A DNA stretch of 64,000 nucleotides, taken from positions 28,287 through 92,286 of the forward strand of contig JAKQPV010000125.1 of NCBI GenBank assembly GCA_029564515.1, in the 5' to 3' direction. This DNA is from Spirochaetota bacterium (GTDB taxonomy: Bacteria; Spirochaetota; UBA4802; UBA5550). Each line of letters starts with the position of its first letter. The first letter of the stretch is position 1. Shown piece by piece: positions 16,422 through 27,100 of the stretch. Both the position numbers and the translations under genes were made by a program. The notes under the pieces are model-generated. The model saw only the letters and a program-made list of their open reading frames with translations. It was not told the origin of the DNA and ran no database searches.

Positions 16422-17285
16422 ATGAAAATTGATATTTATAAACTGCACAAGCTCTATGACACGTACCATGACGAGGTCACCTGCCACCTGTACTCGGACG
16501 TGGTCGTGGGCGGGAAAAAGCTGAAAGCCGGGTCCGAGCTCCTCCTCTACGATATCGTCCAGCTGAAAAAATCGCGGATCTTCGAGGTCGAGGTGGTCTT
16601 CAACGTCACCCTGTACGAGTACCTGAACAGGGAGTATCCCGTGGAATACCGGCGGCCGGTGATGTGGCTCGATTACAGCGAGCTGGACCGGCACCTGGAA
16701 GAGCTCGAAGCGGCGAACGCCCAGACCAAGCGGAAGCGCTTCCTCACCGTTATCGGCGACGTGTACCGGGGCGACGTCAAGTCCGGCCAGAGCATGGCCG
16801 TACTCAAGCACGGCGACCGTCTCGACTACAGTAAGTGGCGGGTAAACAAGATGTACGTGGACACCGGCCAGAAGTTCTTCCTCCGCACGTCCGAGACCGG
16901 CATTATTCAGTTCGGGGCGCTGAAGGCGGAAGAATACGCGGACGAGACCGACGGGTTCCGCAAGAAGCTCGACCTGATGGGCTCCATGCTGGCGCACCGT
17001 TCCGACAAGAAATTCGAGATAGCGCCGGACTTCATCCCGAACAAGGACCTGCGCATCGTCGCCCTCCCGGGCCAGCTCCTCGAGGAATACATCAACACGA
17101 ACGCCCGGCTCATCGTCATCGACGAGACGCTCTCCCCGGCGCAGAAGGAAGCGCTCATCCAGGTGAAGAATTACGATCCCTTCCTCAGGTTGATGCTCTC
17201 GCCCCCCCTCACCGCGCAGAACATCGAGCACGTCCTGCTGCAGGTCAAGATGATGTACAACACCGAGCGCTGGAAAAAGAAGTAG
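16422..17285 (+). CDS. Hypothetical protein (287 aa), no recognisable domain
   Basis: Normal K/E/L-rich composition, in contrast to the Arg/Val-rich antisense ORF 16371..17348. It is divergent from xsc and convergent with phoH2. Confidence 0.6.
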   Translation: MKIDIYKLHKLYDTYHDEVTCHLYSDVVVGGKKLKAGSELLLYDIVQLKKSRIFEVEVVFNVTLYEYLNREYPVEYRRPVMWLDYSELDRHLEELEAANAQTKRKRFLTVIGDVYRGDVKSGQSMAVLKHGDRLDYSKWRVNKMYVDTGQKFFLRTSETGIIQFGALKAEEYADETDGFRKKLDLMGSMLAHRSDKKFEIAPDFIPNKDLRIVALPGQLLEEYINTNARLIVIDETLSPAQKEALIQVKNYDPFLRLMLSPPLTAQNIEHVLLQVKMMYNTERWKKK

Positions 17286-17295
17286 GCCGACGCCG

Positions 17296-18627
17296 TCAGA
17301 GCAGGTCCGAGGCGATCTCGGCGAGCTGGGAGCGCTCGCCCTTCTCAAGGGTTATGTGAGCGTAGATGTCCTGCCCCTTCATCTTGTCGATCAGATACGT
17401 GAGGCCGTTTGAGCGCGAGTCCAGGTAGGGCGTGTCGATCTGGTACGGATCGCCCGTGAACACGATCTTGGTCCCCTCGCCCGCGCGCGTAATGATGGTC
17501 TTGACCTCGTGCGGGGTCAGGTTCTGCGCCTCGTCCACGATGAAGTAGACCTTCGAGAGGCTCCGGCCGCGGATGTAGGCGAGCGCCATGATCAGGAGCT
17601 TCTCGTTGTTGACCATGTCCGAGATGCGCCGGTAGTCCTGCGAGTCCTCGTCGAACTGGTTCTTGATCACGGAGAGGTTGTCGAACAGGGGCTGCATGTA
17701 GGGGTCGAGTTTGCTCTTGATGTCGCCGGGGAGGTACCCGATGTCCCGGTTCGAGAGCGGGATGATCGGCCGCGCCAGCAGTATCTGCTTGTAATTGTTC
17801 CGCCGCTCCAGCGCGGCGGCCAGGGCCATGAGCGTCTTGCCGGTGCCGGACTTGCCGGAGAGCGTCACGAGCTTGATGTCGTTGTTCATGAGCGCGTCAA
17901 GCGAAAAGGTCTGCTCCGCGTTCCGCGGCTGGATCCCGTACGCGCGCTTCTTCTCCACGAGCCGGAGGCTGGCATGGTCCTTCTGGAACGCGGTGAGCGC
18001 GCTCTTGGTGCCGTTCCGCACGATGAAATATTCGTTCGGCCGCGGATCAAGCCCTCCCCCGTTCAGCTCGCCCGCCGGCACGGACCCGTCCCTGTAGATC
18101 CGGTCCACGATGTCCGGGGCCACATTCTCGATGATGTTCTTCCCGGTGTAGAGCTCGCCGATGTCCTTGACCTTGCCGGTCTCGTAGTCCTCCGCGCGCA
18201 CGCCGATGCTCTTGGCCTTCATGCGCAGGTTGATGTCCTTGGACACCAGGATGACGCGGTCCTTTCCATGCTGGCCGGCCAGGTTGTACGCCAGCGCCAG
18301 GATACGGTGGTCCGAGCTGTCCTCCCAGAACACTTCCTTTAAATACTTGTCCTTCTTGACGTTGGTGTCCACGGAGAGGAACCCGCCGTCGCCCAGGGGC
18401 ACACCGTCGCCCACCGGCTCGTTGCCGATGAGGGAGTCAAGCTCGCGCGAAAACTCGCGCGCGTTGTAGTTGATGATCTCGTTGCCGCGCTTGAACTTGT
18501 CGATCTCTTCCAGGAGGGTTATGGGGATGACGACGTTGTGCTCTTCAAAGGAATAGATGCAACGGTAATCATAGAGGACGACGTTGGTGTCGAGAACGAA
18601 TATCTTGTGTGAGTTGCCGTCGAGCAT
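17296..18627 (-). CDS. PhoH2-type protein (N-terminal PIN RNase domain + PhoH ATPase)
   Basis: PIN: KIFVLDTNVVLYDYRCIYSF...ITLLEEIDKFK. Walker A: GKSGTGKTLMALAAAL. PhoH C-terminus: FIVDEAQNLTPHEVKTIITRAGEGTKIVFTGDPYQID. I prefer ATG 18627 over the GTG at 18684. Confidence 0.85.
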   Translation of the reverse strand: MLDGNSHKIFVLDTNVVLYDYRCIYSFEEHNVVIPITLLEEIDKFKRGNEIINYNAREFSRELDSLIGNEPVGDGVPLGDGGFLSVDTNVKKDKYLKEVFWEDSSDHRILALAYNLAGQHGKDRVILVSKDINLRMKAKSIGVRAEDYETGKVKDIGELYTGKNIIENVAPDIVDRIYRDGSVPAGELNGGGLDPRPNEYFIVRNGTKSALTAFQKDHASLRLVEKKRAYGIQPRNAEQTFSLDALMNNDIKLVTLSGKSGTGKTLMALAAALERRNNYKQILLARPIIPLSNRDIGYLPGDIKSKLDPYMQPLFDNLSVIKNQFDEDSQDYRRISDMVNNEKLLIMALAYIRGRSLSKVYFIVDEAQNLTPHEVKTIITRAGEGTKIVFTGDPYQIDTPYLDSRSNGLTYLIDKMKGQDIYAHITLEKGERSQLAEIASDLL

Positions 18628-18992
18628 ATCCCTTATGTGACATAATACAGAGCCTGCCGAAAATTGCAAGAGGAATTTATACACGCCGATAAAATCTGTA
18701 TCAACCTGCCGGGCAGGAGAAATGCAATTCCAGGCTCAGCTCTTTAATGGATGACGGAGCGTCACCCTTCGCTCTCCCGGTTTTTCATACAGCCAGCCGC
18801 CAGCCCGGCCCACATTGAGGAAGAATTCTTTAGCGGCGAACAGGCGACACGATAACACTCCGCGATCCATGACGATCCTGAATGACCGCCCCCCCGGCCC
18901 CGGGCACTCGGGTTGGTACCGGACAAAGATTATTCCTTGATACCACTGTTCCCGGGGATGAAAATCCTGTTAGCGGCTTTTCCCTACACCAT

Positions 18993-19050
18993 GAACCGGT
19001 CATGCTCCGGGTCGAACGGCGGCGGTCATAAAGGAGACGTCATCACCGTA
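18993..19050 (-). pseudogene. Relic of a cupin gene 3' end (paralogue fragment of 22023..22373)
   Basis: 18993-19024 is identical over 32 nt to 22032-22063 (encodes PPFDPEHDRF). The adjacent sequence still reads GDDVSFMT versus GDMIIFVIT in the intact cupin but is out of frame and truncated. Confidence 0.4.
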
Positions 19051-19107
19051 CCATGAAGCGATGCAGTTTAAAAAAGGCCGATTGACGTACGCCCGCCTGA
19101 TATATAA

Positions 19108-20595
19108 TCACTTCCGCCAGAAGCGCGGCAGGAAGATCACGAGCACGGTATAGAGCTCCAGCCGTCCCACCAGCATGGCGAAAGAGAGCGTCCACTTGAT
19201 GTAATCTTCGAAGAAAGAGAAATTTTCCACCGGGCCGACCTTGCCGAAACCCGGCCCGATATTGCCGAGCGTGGTCAGGGCCGCCGTAAACGACGTCGTG
19301 ATATCATGCCCGGCTGAAGCCACAACGACCGTGACCGCAAGGAGGACCGCGGCATAGAGAAAAAAGAAGCCGGACACCCCGTAGACGATGTTTTTTCGCA
19401 CCATGCCGCCGCTCATCTTCAGCGTGAATATGCCGCGCGGATGAACCAGAAGCTTCAGCTCGTTCACGGCCTGTTTGAAGAGGATCACCAGCCGCATGAC
19501 CTTGATGCCGCCCCCTGTCGAGCCGGAGCACCCTCCCACGAACATCAGGATGAACAGCATGATCTGTCCCAGGAGGGGCCATGCTTCGAAATTCGCAGTT
19601 GCGAAACCGGTCGTGGTAAGAAAGCTCGCGGTCTGGAAGGACGCATACCGCAGGCATTCACCCGCCGTGGGGAACACGTCCCCGTACAGGGAAAAAGCCA
19701 CCACCGCGGTCGTTGCCGCGAATATCAGAAGATACGCCTTCAGCTCGGAATCACGATACACCGGCCTGAGCCGTCCGGTCAGCAGCCGGTAATGGAGCGA
19801 GAAGTTAATGCCGGCAAGCAGCATGAAAACAGTGATGATCCCGTCGATATACGCTGAATTGTAATGGCCGACGCTGGCGTTTTTCGGCGAGAACCCGCCG
19901 GTCCCCAGGGTGCCGAACGTATGGGTCAGGGCGTCAAACAGGTCCATGCCTCCCAGCATCAGGAGCAGGGTCTCCGCAACCGTAAACCCTATGTAGATAA
20001 ACCAGAGCAGCTTGGCCGTCCCGGTGATGCGCGGCGTGAGCCTGTCGACCGTGGGGCCCGGGGATTCCGCCTGTATGAGCTGAAGCCCGCCAATCCCCAT
20101 GAGCGGTAAAATGGCAACGGTGAGCACGACGATCCCCATGCCGCCCAGCCAGTGGGTCAGGGAGCGCCAGAAGAGCATGGACCGGGGAAGTGCCTCCACA
20201 TCGGTGAGTATCGATGCCCCGGTGGTGGAAAAGCCCGATATCGTTTCAAAGAAGGCGTCCGTATAATCGGGGATGCATCCGGAAAAGAAGAAGGGCAGCG
20301 CGCCGATAACAGAAACCAGCACCCAGCTCAGGGTCACCATGAGGAAGCCGTCCCTTGTTGTAAGGGCGTCAGCGCGCTGCTTTCTTAAAAGAACAAGCAC
20401 GGCGCCGGCCAGCGTTACGGTGCCAGCCATCGTGCCCGCGAACGCCGCGAAAGAGGCATATTCTCCGCGGTAGAGCGCGATGCCGGCAGGCAGGCCCATG
20501 AAGCCGGCCAGAATGACAAGCAGGATCGAGATAATTTTGGCGAGTATCAGGGGGTTCATGGCATGCCGCTGTTCATTCCTGGATGAACCGCTCAA
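19108..20595 (-). CDS. trkH: TrkH/KtrB-family potassium uptake membrane subunit
   Basis: About 10-12 TM segments and repeated GxSTTG/GTGG selectivity-filter-like loops (ETISGFSTTGAS, GTLGTGGFS, LTTTGFAT, CSGSTGGGIKV). An alternative start at ATG 20559 (MNPLILAK...) would remove the overlap with trkA. Confidence 0.85.
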   Translation of the reverse strand: MSGSSRNEQRHAMNPLILAKIISILLVILAGFMGLPAGIALYRGEYASFAAFAGTMAGTVTLAGAVLVLLRKQRADALTTRDGFLMVTLSWVLVSVIGALPFFFSGCIPDYTDAFFETISGFSTTGASILTDVEALPRSMLFWRSLTHWLGGMGIVVLTVAILPLMGIGGLQLIQAESPGPTVDRLTPRITGTAKLLWFIYIGFTVAETLLLMLGGMDLFDALTHTFGTLGTGGFSPKNASVGHYNSAYIDGIITVFMLLAGINFSLHYRLLTGRLRPVYRDSELKAYLLIFAATTAVVAFSLYGDVFPTAGECLRYASFQTASFLTTTGFATANFEAWPLLGQIMLFILMFVGGCSGSTGGGIKVMRLVILFKQAVNELKLLVHPRGIFTLKMSGGMVRKNIVYGVSGFFFLYAAVLLAVTVVVASAGHDITTSFTAALTTLGNIGPGFGKVGPVENFSFFEDYIKWTLSFAMLVGRLELYTVLVIFLPRFWRK

Positions 20596-21916
20596 TTTCC
20601 GGTATCGATTCCTTCGCCGTTATGACGATGACCAGGTCCCCGGGCTCTATCGCGAGGTTTCCGTGCGGCAGCATGTTGACATCGTTGCGGACAATGGAAA
20701 GTATGATGGAATGCTCGGGGAAGTCGAGATCCCTGAGGCGCTTCCCGATTATTCTGCTCTTCTCGTTCGCGAGGAACTCGATAACCTCCGCCCGGCCGCC
20801 GAAAATGCTGTGCAGGCTCTTTATGTTCCCCCTCCTGATGAACTTCATGATCGCATCGACGGTGCTGTTCTTGGGGCTTATAACGACATCGATGTCCAGC
20901 CGCGACGCAATGGCCATGTAATTCGCATTCGTGACGAGCGCCATCGAGCGTTTGATCCCCATGGTCTTCGCGTACAGGGACGCGAGCATGTTGAGCTCCT
21001 GGTTGTCGGTAACGGTCACCAGGAGGTCGCGGTTTCCAAGCGACTCCTCTTCGAAAATGCTTTCATCGGATATATCGGCGTTCAGCACCAGCGCGTCCGG
21101 GAATTTGTCCGAGAGGACCTTGCAGCGCTCGTAGTTGGTCTCGATGATGGTGATATCCCTGCCGGTCCTGATAAGGTACTGGCAGGCAAGCTCGCCGATG
21201 CGGCCGCCGCCGACAATGACGATATGGTCCATGGTCTCCTGCTTCTTCCCTGCCTGGATGAAGATTTTCGTGAAATCCTTCTGCGTGGCGAGCAGGTAGA
21301 TAGTGTCTCCCTCCCGAACCTGCGTGCCTCCGGTCGGTATGACGAACTCCTTGCCGCGCATGATGCCCGCGATGAGAAAAGGCTCCCTGATCCCCAGCCT
21401 GATGTCCTTGACGGAGCGGTCCGCAAAATACGAGGCCGGGGTCACCATGATGTTCCTCATCTGGAGGTCGGTATTCTCGAAGAGCATTACGTCGCTGTCC
21501 GCGCCCAGGGCGATGGTATTGGCGATTTGCCGGGCCGTCTCGACCTCGGAGTTGACAATGAAATCGATCCCCAGGAACGACTTCTCCGTTATTTTGGCAC
21601 GGGAATAATCGAGGTTCCTGACGCGGGCGATTTTCACGGGCACGTTGAATTCGCTCGACACCACGCCGCAGGCGATCATGTTGACCTCGTCGGAATTGGT
21701 CACGCTGATGAAAATGGACGCCCTGTCTATGCCGGAACGCTTCAGGGCCGTTATGCCGGTGCCCTCCTCGTTCACGACGATGCAGTCAAGCCGTCCCGTC
21801 ACGTGCTTCGCGCGCTCGGGGTCCTTTTCGATTATGACAACATCCTTTCCTTCCGAAATGAGCTGGGCCGCGACCTGCATCCCCACCACGCCCGCACCGA
21901 GAATCACCACGCGCAT
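20573..21916 (-). CDS. trkA: TrkA, tandem RCK/NAD-binding potassium uptake regulator
   Basis: MRVVILGAGVVGMQVAAQL... with a second Rossmann fold IVIVGGGRIGELACQ. I prefer ATG 21916. Confidence 0.9.
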   Translation of the reverse strand: MRVVILGAGVVGMQVAAQLISEGKDVVIIEKDPERAKHVTGRLDCIVVNEEGTGITALKRSGIDRASIFISVTNSDEVNMIACGVVSSEFNVPVKIARVRNLDYSRAKITEKSFLGIDFIVNSEVETARQIANTIALGADSDVMLFENTDLQMRNIMVTPASYFADRSVKDIRLGIREPFLIAGIMRGKEFVIPTGGTQVREGDTIYLLATQKDFTKIFIQAGKKQETMDHIVIVGGGRIGELACQYLIRTGRDITIIETNYERCKVLSDKFPDALVLNADISDESIFEEESLGNRDLLVTVTDNQELNMLASLYAKTMGIKRSMALVTNANYMAIASRLDIDVVISPKNSTVDAIMKFIRRGNIKSLHSIFGGRAEVIEFLANEKSRIIGKRLRDLDFPEHSIILSIVRNDVNMLPHGNLAIEPGDLVIVITAKESIPEIERFIQE

Positions 21917-22022
21917 CGTGCCGGTACCGTATCCTGCGAGATTAGCAGTTTGATGAAAAACAGCAAACTGCATAGCGATACATGGATGTATCGCCGTTTT
22001 TCAGGGGCATGAGCCGACAGCA

Positions 22023-22373
22023 CTACGCCGGGAACCGGTCATGCTCCGGGTCGAACGGCGGCGAGGTGATCACGAAAATGATCATGTCGCCCCCGCCCGT
22101 GTTCACGAGCCCGTGCGCCGTGCCGCGCGGGATGGTGACGATGTCGCCCGGTCCCACGTCCCGGTACTCGCCGCCGAGCCTCATGCGGCCCGTGCCCGTC
22201 TCGATGCAGTAGATCTCGTCGCTTATGGCGTGATAGTGGTCCGGCACCGCCTCCGGCACCACGCCGACATTGAAGCTCATGGTGCCGTTACGGAACACCT
22301 CCCGGAGCCCGATCTTCAGCCCCGGCGTTACCGGCACGCCGGCGGCCAGGTCGCGCAACGCGTCTATTCCCAT
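22023..22373 (-). CDS. Cupin-domain protein
   Basis: 116 aa with two cupin motifs: PDHYHAISDEIYCIETG and GPGDIVTIPRGTAHGLVN. It starts 11 nt after the TolC-like gene. Confidence 0.8.
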   Translation of the reverse strand: MGIDALRDLAAGVPVTPGLKIGLREVFRNGTMSFNVGVVPEAVPDHYHAISDEIYCIETGTGRMRLGGEYRDVGPGDIVTIPRGTAHGLVNTGGGDMIIFVITSPPFDPEHDRFPA

Positions 22374-22384
22374 GGCATGACCTC

Positions 22385-23887
22385 CTACTGCGCCCGGCGG
22401 GCGGGCCGCAGCGCCCTGATATTGTCGCCGTAAAACTCTCCCGCCGCTATGCCCAGGCGCACGCGGTCGAGCCTGGTCTGCAGCAGGGCGCGCTCGTAAT
22501 CGTCCCGCGCTCCCTGGAGCGATGTGAGCGAGGTGAGCACGTCGAGTATGGTCACCTGGTTCATCCGGTACTCCGCCGCGACCAGGCGGTAGTTCTCCTC
22601 CGCGGACGCGAAGGCCTGTTTGTACGCCTCAAGCTCGCCGATGGAGCTCTCCCATGTCTTATATGAATCGGCGAAATCCTGTCGCGCCAGCCGCACCGTT
22701 TTCGACAGGCCGAGGTCCGCCTGGCGCTTCACCGAGTGGGCCTCCCGCACCTTCGCGAAGGTGATGTCCGGCCCCAGTATGGGCAGCTCGACCCCGATAG
22801 AGACGAAGTAGTCGCGGTATTTCGTTTTCGAGTACTGGCTCGTCAGCACGCTCGCCGGAGAGGTCAGCCGGTACGCGTCCATTGTCCTGTCAAGTAGCGA
22901 GCTCTTCGGCTTCTCCTGGTAGATCATGTAGGAACCCTCGATGTACGCGGAGGGGAGGTGGCCGCCGTACGCGGCAAGGAGGCCCGCCTTCGCCTGCTCC
23001 ACTTTCTCCCGCGCCGCCCGCACGTCCCACCGCTTTTCCATTACCGCGGACTCGTCGGCCAGGGCGTACGCCGGCGCCGGCAGGTCCGCCGCGTCGCGCA
23101 GCGCCGCGCCGGCCTGGGCCCCGGTGAGGGAGCACAGCGCGATCTCCGCGTGCGACAGGCTGCTCCTGATCGACTTTATCTGGGCCTCGAGGGCGTACAT
23201 CTGCGAGCGGGTCCGGAGCAGGTCGCTCCTCCGGCTCCTTCCAATGTCCACGCGCCGCCGGAGCTCGCCCAGCATCTGCGCGTGGAGCCCGAGGACCTGC
23301 TCGCCGTTCCGGAGCCCCTGCCGGAGCAGGAGCACGCCGAAATACGCGGACGCCACCTCGTCGAGGAGGCGGCCCGCGCCGTCATACAGCTCCAGCTCGC
23401 GCAGCTTCACGCCGGAAATCGACATCGTGATCTGGGACACCTGGTCCAGCCCGGTGATGATCGGCAGGCGCGCATTCAGGCTCACGGCGGAAGATTTCAA
23501 CGGGGTGTAGTTCCTCTTCTGCTCCGGGAAAGCCTTGTTCGCCTTGAGCGAGAGGCTCGGTATGAACGAGGTGAATGCCTGCTCCCGCTGCAGGGCGGCC
23601 TGCACCGAGTTCTCGCCCTCGATGGCCATGGTCTCGGTGTTGAACACGGAAAGGGCATAGGCGTCGAAGAGGGTCAGCTCCTTTGCGGCCCTGGCCGCTG
23701 CCACGTCGTCCCCGGTAACGCCCGTGACCCGGTAGAGCATCTTCCTGACCGTCGGGCCGGGGGCCGCAGTGGCGCCGATCAGGGCGCATAGAACAGGGCA
23801 GAGCAAGGCCGTCCTGATAACCCTGTTTATAATTATGCCATCGCGAGCAATGCGAAGCGACCTGCTGTTTGATGGTATGCATTTCAT
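22385..23887 (-). CDS. TolC-like outer membrane efflux protein
   Basis: Two-repeat OEP pattern (LTLFDAYALSV..., ...LDVLTSLTSLQGARDDYERALLQTRLDRVRLGIAAG). The start is uncertain: ATG 23887 is chosen, and the first roughly 20 codons overlap a MITE-like fragment. Confidence 0.75.
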   Translation of the reverse strand: MKCIPSNSRSLRIARDGIIINRVIRTALLCPVLCALIGATAAPGPTVRKMLYRVTGVTGDDVAAARAAKELTLFDAYALSVFNTETMAIEGENSVQAALQREQAFTSFIPSLSLKANKAFPEQKRNYTPLKSSAVSLNARLPIITGLDQVSQITMSISGVKLRELELYDGAGRLLDEVASAYFGVLLLRQGLRNGEQVLGLHAQMLGELRRRVDIGRSRRSDLLRTRSQMYALEAQIKSIRSSLSHAEIALCSLTGAQAGAALRDAADLPAPAYALADESAVMEKRWDVRAAREKVEQAKAGLLAAYGGHLPSAYIEGSYMIYQEKPKSSLLDRTMDAYRLTSPASVLTSQYSKTKYRDYFVSIGVELPILGPDITFAKVREAHSVKRQADLGLSKTVRLARQDFADSYKTWESSIGELEAYKQAFASAEENYRLVAAEYRMNQVTILDVLTSLTSLQGARDDYERALLQTRLDRVRLGIAAGEFYGDNIRALRPARRAQ

Positions 23888-24046
23888 TATTGCTATAAAC
23901 TCCATGGGAAAATGGGCCCGGGCAGCATGATACGGCTTGCCTCGCCGCTTTGCACCCCGCAATGACGTGCCGGGGCATCACCTGGACCATCATGACAGCA
24001 TAATTCAACTTCGCGTCAGATTTATCAATAACATTTTCTGGAGTTT

Positions 24047-24083
24047 CCCCGGTCCTCTTCGGGGTGAGAGGAGAGGACCGGGG
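24047..24083 (-). terminator. 12-bp perfect stem-loop (CCCCGGTCCTCT ... AGAGGACCGGGG) downstream of the GRE fusion gene
   Basis: Read directly, 37-73 nt after the stop at 24120. There is no clear U-tract, so terminator function is tentative. Confidence 0.4.
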
Positions 24084-24119
24084 CGTACGGAGGATTTGAT
24101 GCTGAAGCCGGACCCGGGA

Positions 24120-27100
24120 CTAGTTGTAGCAGGTCCTGTTGATTATGATCTTTTTAAGCTCGTCGGAAAGATCGTTAAAGTAGGCGCAGTAACCGGCGAC
24201 GCGGACCAGGAGATACGGGTGGTTTTCCGGATGGTCGTACGCGTCCAGCAGTATCTCCTTGTTGATGACGTTGGGCTGGAACTGCATGCCCCCCTTCTTG
24301 AAGTAGGTGCTGATGATCCCCGAGAGGTTCCTGACGCCGCCGGGACCCTGGAACAGCGACGAATCGATCGTAAAGGTGACCGTGGTTCCGTTGGGGGCGT
24401 AATCCACGAAATCGACCCCGGCGACGGAATTCAGGGACGACAGCAGGTCCGCCATCTGCATGCCGTAATGGGGCGCGACGCTGTTGGCAAGGGGGACTCC
24501 CTTCAGCCTGCCGGACGGCAGGGCGGGGGTCTTCGCGCCGTACACGTCGCTCACGTTCAGCGCGTAGTACCCGGCGGAGTAGATGCCGTTGCGGGGGCAG
24601 TTCGGCACCGATTTCAGCGCGTCGACATAGACCTGGAGCGCCCGGTTGACCCACTCGACCGCCTCGGCCGAGTCGTCCTCCCCGAATTTCGGCACCGCCT
24701 GCAGGGCCGCCCGCACCTTCGCGTGCTTCTCTCCCTCGAAATTATGGTCGATGGCGTCGATGACCTCGTGAAGCGTGTGGAGGCGTTTCTTGAACACGAC
24801 CTGGTCGATGGCGTGGAGGGAATCAGCGGCGTCGGTGATCCCCACGGCCTGGATGCCGCTGCTGTTGAGCTGCGCGCCGCCCTCGTTCACGTCTTTACCG
24901 CTTTCTACGCAGCCCCGGGAAAGGGACGATGCGAGCGGCGTTGTGAAATGGGTGCGGATCACCTTCTCTATCTTCTGGTGATCGGAAAGTATGGCATTCG
25001 CCAGGACATTCATGCGCTCCTGGTAGCGGACGAGCAGCTCGTCCATGCTCGCGGGCGGATTGTAGCGGGACCGCGCCCGCTTCAGCTTCTTCCGCTCGCG
25101 CCTGTCCGCGTATTTCGTGCGCACGTAGGTTGCGAACCTGTTGTTGTACCGGAAATTGTATTCCACGAACTTGGCCGCCATCTTGCCCACCTGCTCGCGG
25201 AACCCGATGTTCCACAGGTCATGCTCCTCGCCCTTCAGGGCCTGCAGGAGGGGCATCGTGACGTTCATGTTCGCGCAGTCGGTATTGCCGTAATGGTCGT
25301 CCGAGGCGTTCGGCTCGACGCACCCCACGATCGCGTAGTTTCTGGCACTCTCCTCCGTGACGGGGTAATGCTTCTGTATGGTCTCGAGGTAGATCTCGTC
25401 GTTGTACAGGGCCGGCATGGGCGCGCCGTTGATGTACACCTCCGCGAGCCGGTCCAGGTATTCGGCCGGGCTGTCCTTGTGGATGCGCGCGGTCATGTTC
25501 ACCGCGTACGGCTGCAGCTCGCAGATGTCCAGCAGCATGTAGGTCAGGTCGTTGGTCGCGTCCTTCCCGTCCCTGCCCAAACCGCCGGCAGTCACCGACT
25601 GGTCCGTGGACATGGTCTCGAACAGCCTCCCGATGCGCAGGTAGGTGTCACCGTCGTTGACGAGTATCGCCTCGTCCATCTTGAGGATGAACAGGGCGAG
25701 GAGCTCTTTCGCCTTCTCGTACGTGATGATCCCCGCCTCAAGGTCCCTCTTGTAATAGGGATAGAGGATCTGGTCCAGCCGTCCCAGCGATACCGCGTTC
25801 TCATAGGACTCGATGCACAGCGCGATATGGATGAATGTCATGCTCTGGAGCGCCTCGTGGTAGGTGCGGGCCGGGTACCGGGGGACCTGTTTGCAGATCC
25901 CCGCCATCTCCTCCAGCTCCTTCTTCCGGGCCGGGTCCTGCTCCTTCGCGGCCATGTCCGCCAGGTGCGCGGCATACCGGTCGGCGAACGTCTCCAGTGC
26001 CCGGAGCGCAATGATCGCCCCGTCGTAAAAATCCTGGTTGTTGCCGGGCTTCGCCTTCTTCATCATCCGTATCTCCTCGATGATCCCGGTCGTACCGAGC
26101 TGGAGCATACGCTCGAAGTTAACGATAAAGTGGGCTATCGCGGCCATGTTATTGTTGAACCCGACATTCGGCTCCGAGGCGCGCGCGATCATCAGCACCA
26201 TGTCCGACAATTTTTTATTCACCCTGCCCAGGAGGCCGCGCCTCATCCAGAAGGGGAAAATGCGGAAATAGAAATGCAGTATGTCCTTCCACGAGCACCT
26301 GAACGGGACCGGGGTCTGGCGGTTGATCTGGTGCAGGATCGAGGTAAACAGCACGCCGTAATGCTCCTCCCATACCTGCCCGCCCTTCCTCTTCGAGGTG
26401 AAGTTGCCCACCAGGAGCTCGTCCGGGTAGACGATGACCGACTTGTTCGCGAGCACGTGAGCGAGGCGCTCGGACCGGTGTATCGGCGTCGGTTTCCCGA
26501 AGCCGTTCTTCCGGTAATATTCGGTCTTAAGGCGCGAGGCCTCGAAACAGAGATGGTGCCCGCTCTCCCTGATCGCTTTCTGTATGTCGTGCACGCGCTT
26601 CGTGAATTCGGCCCTGTGCCGGGAAGCGTCCAGGTCAAAGCAGGCGGCCGAGATGCCCAGGGACCTGAAAAGCACGATCGCATTTTTTATCGATTCGAGG
26701 CTCTGTTCCGGCGTGATGTTGAGCGGCTCCTGCTCTATGCCCAGGCGCTTTGCCTTGTCTTCGTACATGTTGTGGTATTTCAAAAGCTCGATCGACCGGT
26801 ACCCGATCGAATCGAGAAACGCGGCCGCCGCCCTGATGTTTTGTTCCGAGTCATTAAGGCCGGGCACCATTACCATGCGAAAGCTGACGCCCGCCTTCAG
26901 GTCGAGCAGCTTCCGGATATTGCCGCGAATCAATTCGCCGCTCTGTTTCGTCAGCTTTTTATGGAGGAGGTCGTCTCCCGCCGCTTTCAGGTCAACCAGG
27001 AACAGGTCGATGTACGGCGCGACCCTGCTGACGGTTTCCCACGGAACATGCAGGGAGGTCTCGGCGGAGACATGGATACCCCGCTCTTTCAACGATTTCA

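Noticed and set aside
18685-18992. About 300 bp with no ORF on either strand in a GC-rich genome. I looked for tRNA, tmRNA, RNase P, SRP or 6S RNA.
   Set aside because: No T-loop (GGTTCGAATCC), RNase P (GAGGAAAGTCC), SRP (GGAAG...CAGCC) or tmRNA tag or terminal signatures were recognised. It cannot be called as an RNA gene from sequence alone. It may simply be decayed DNA next to the cupin relic.
20480-22012. 510-aa plus-strand ORF.
   Set aside because: It is antisense to trkA and is a compositional shadow. The TrkA Rossmann motifs are on the minus strand.
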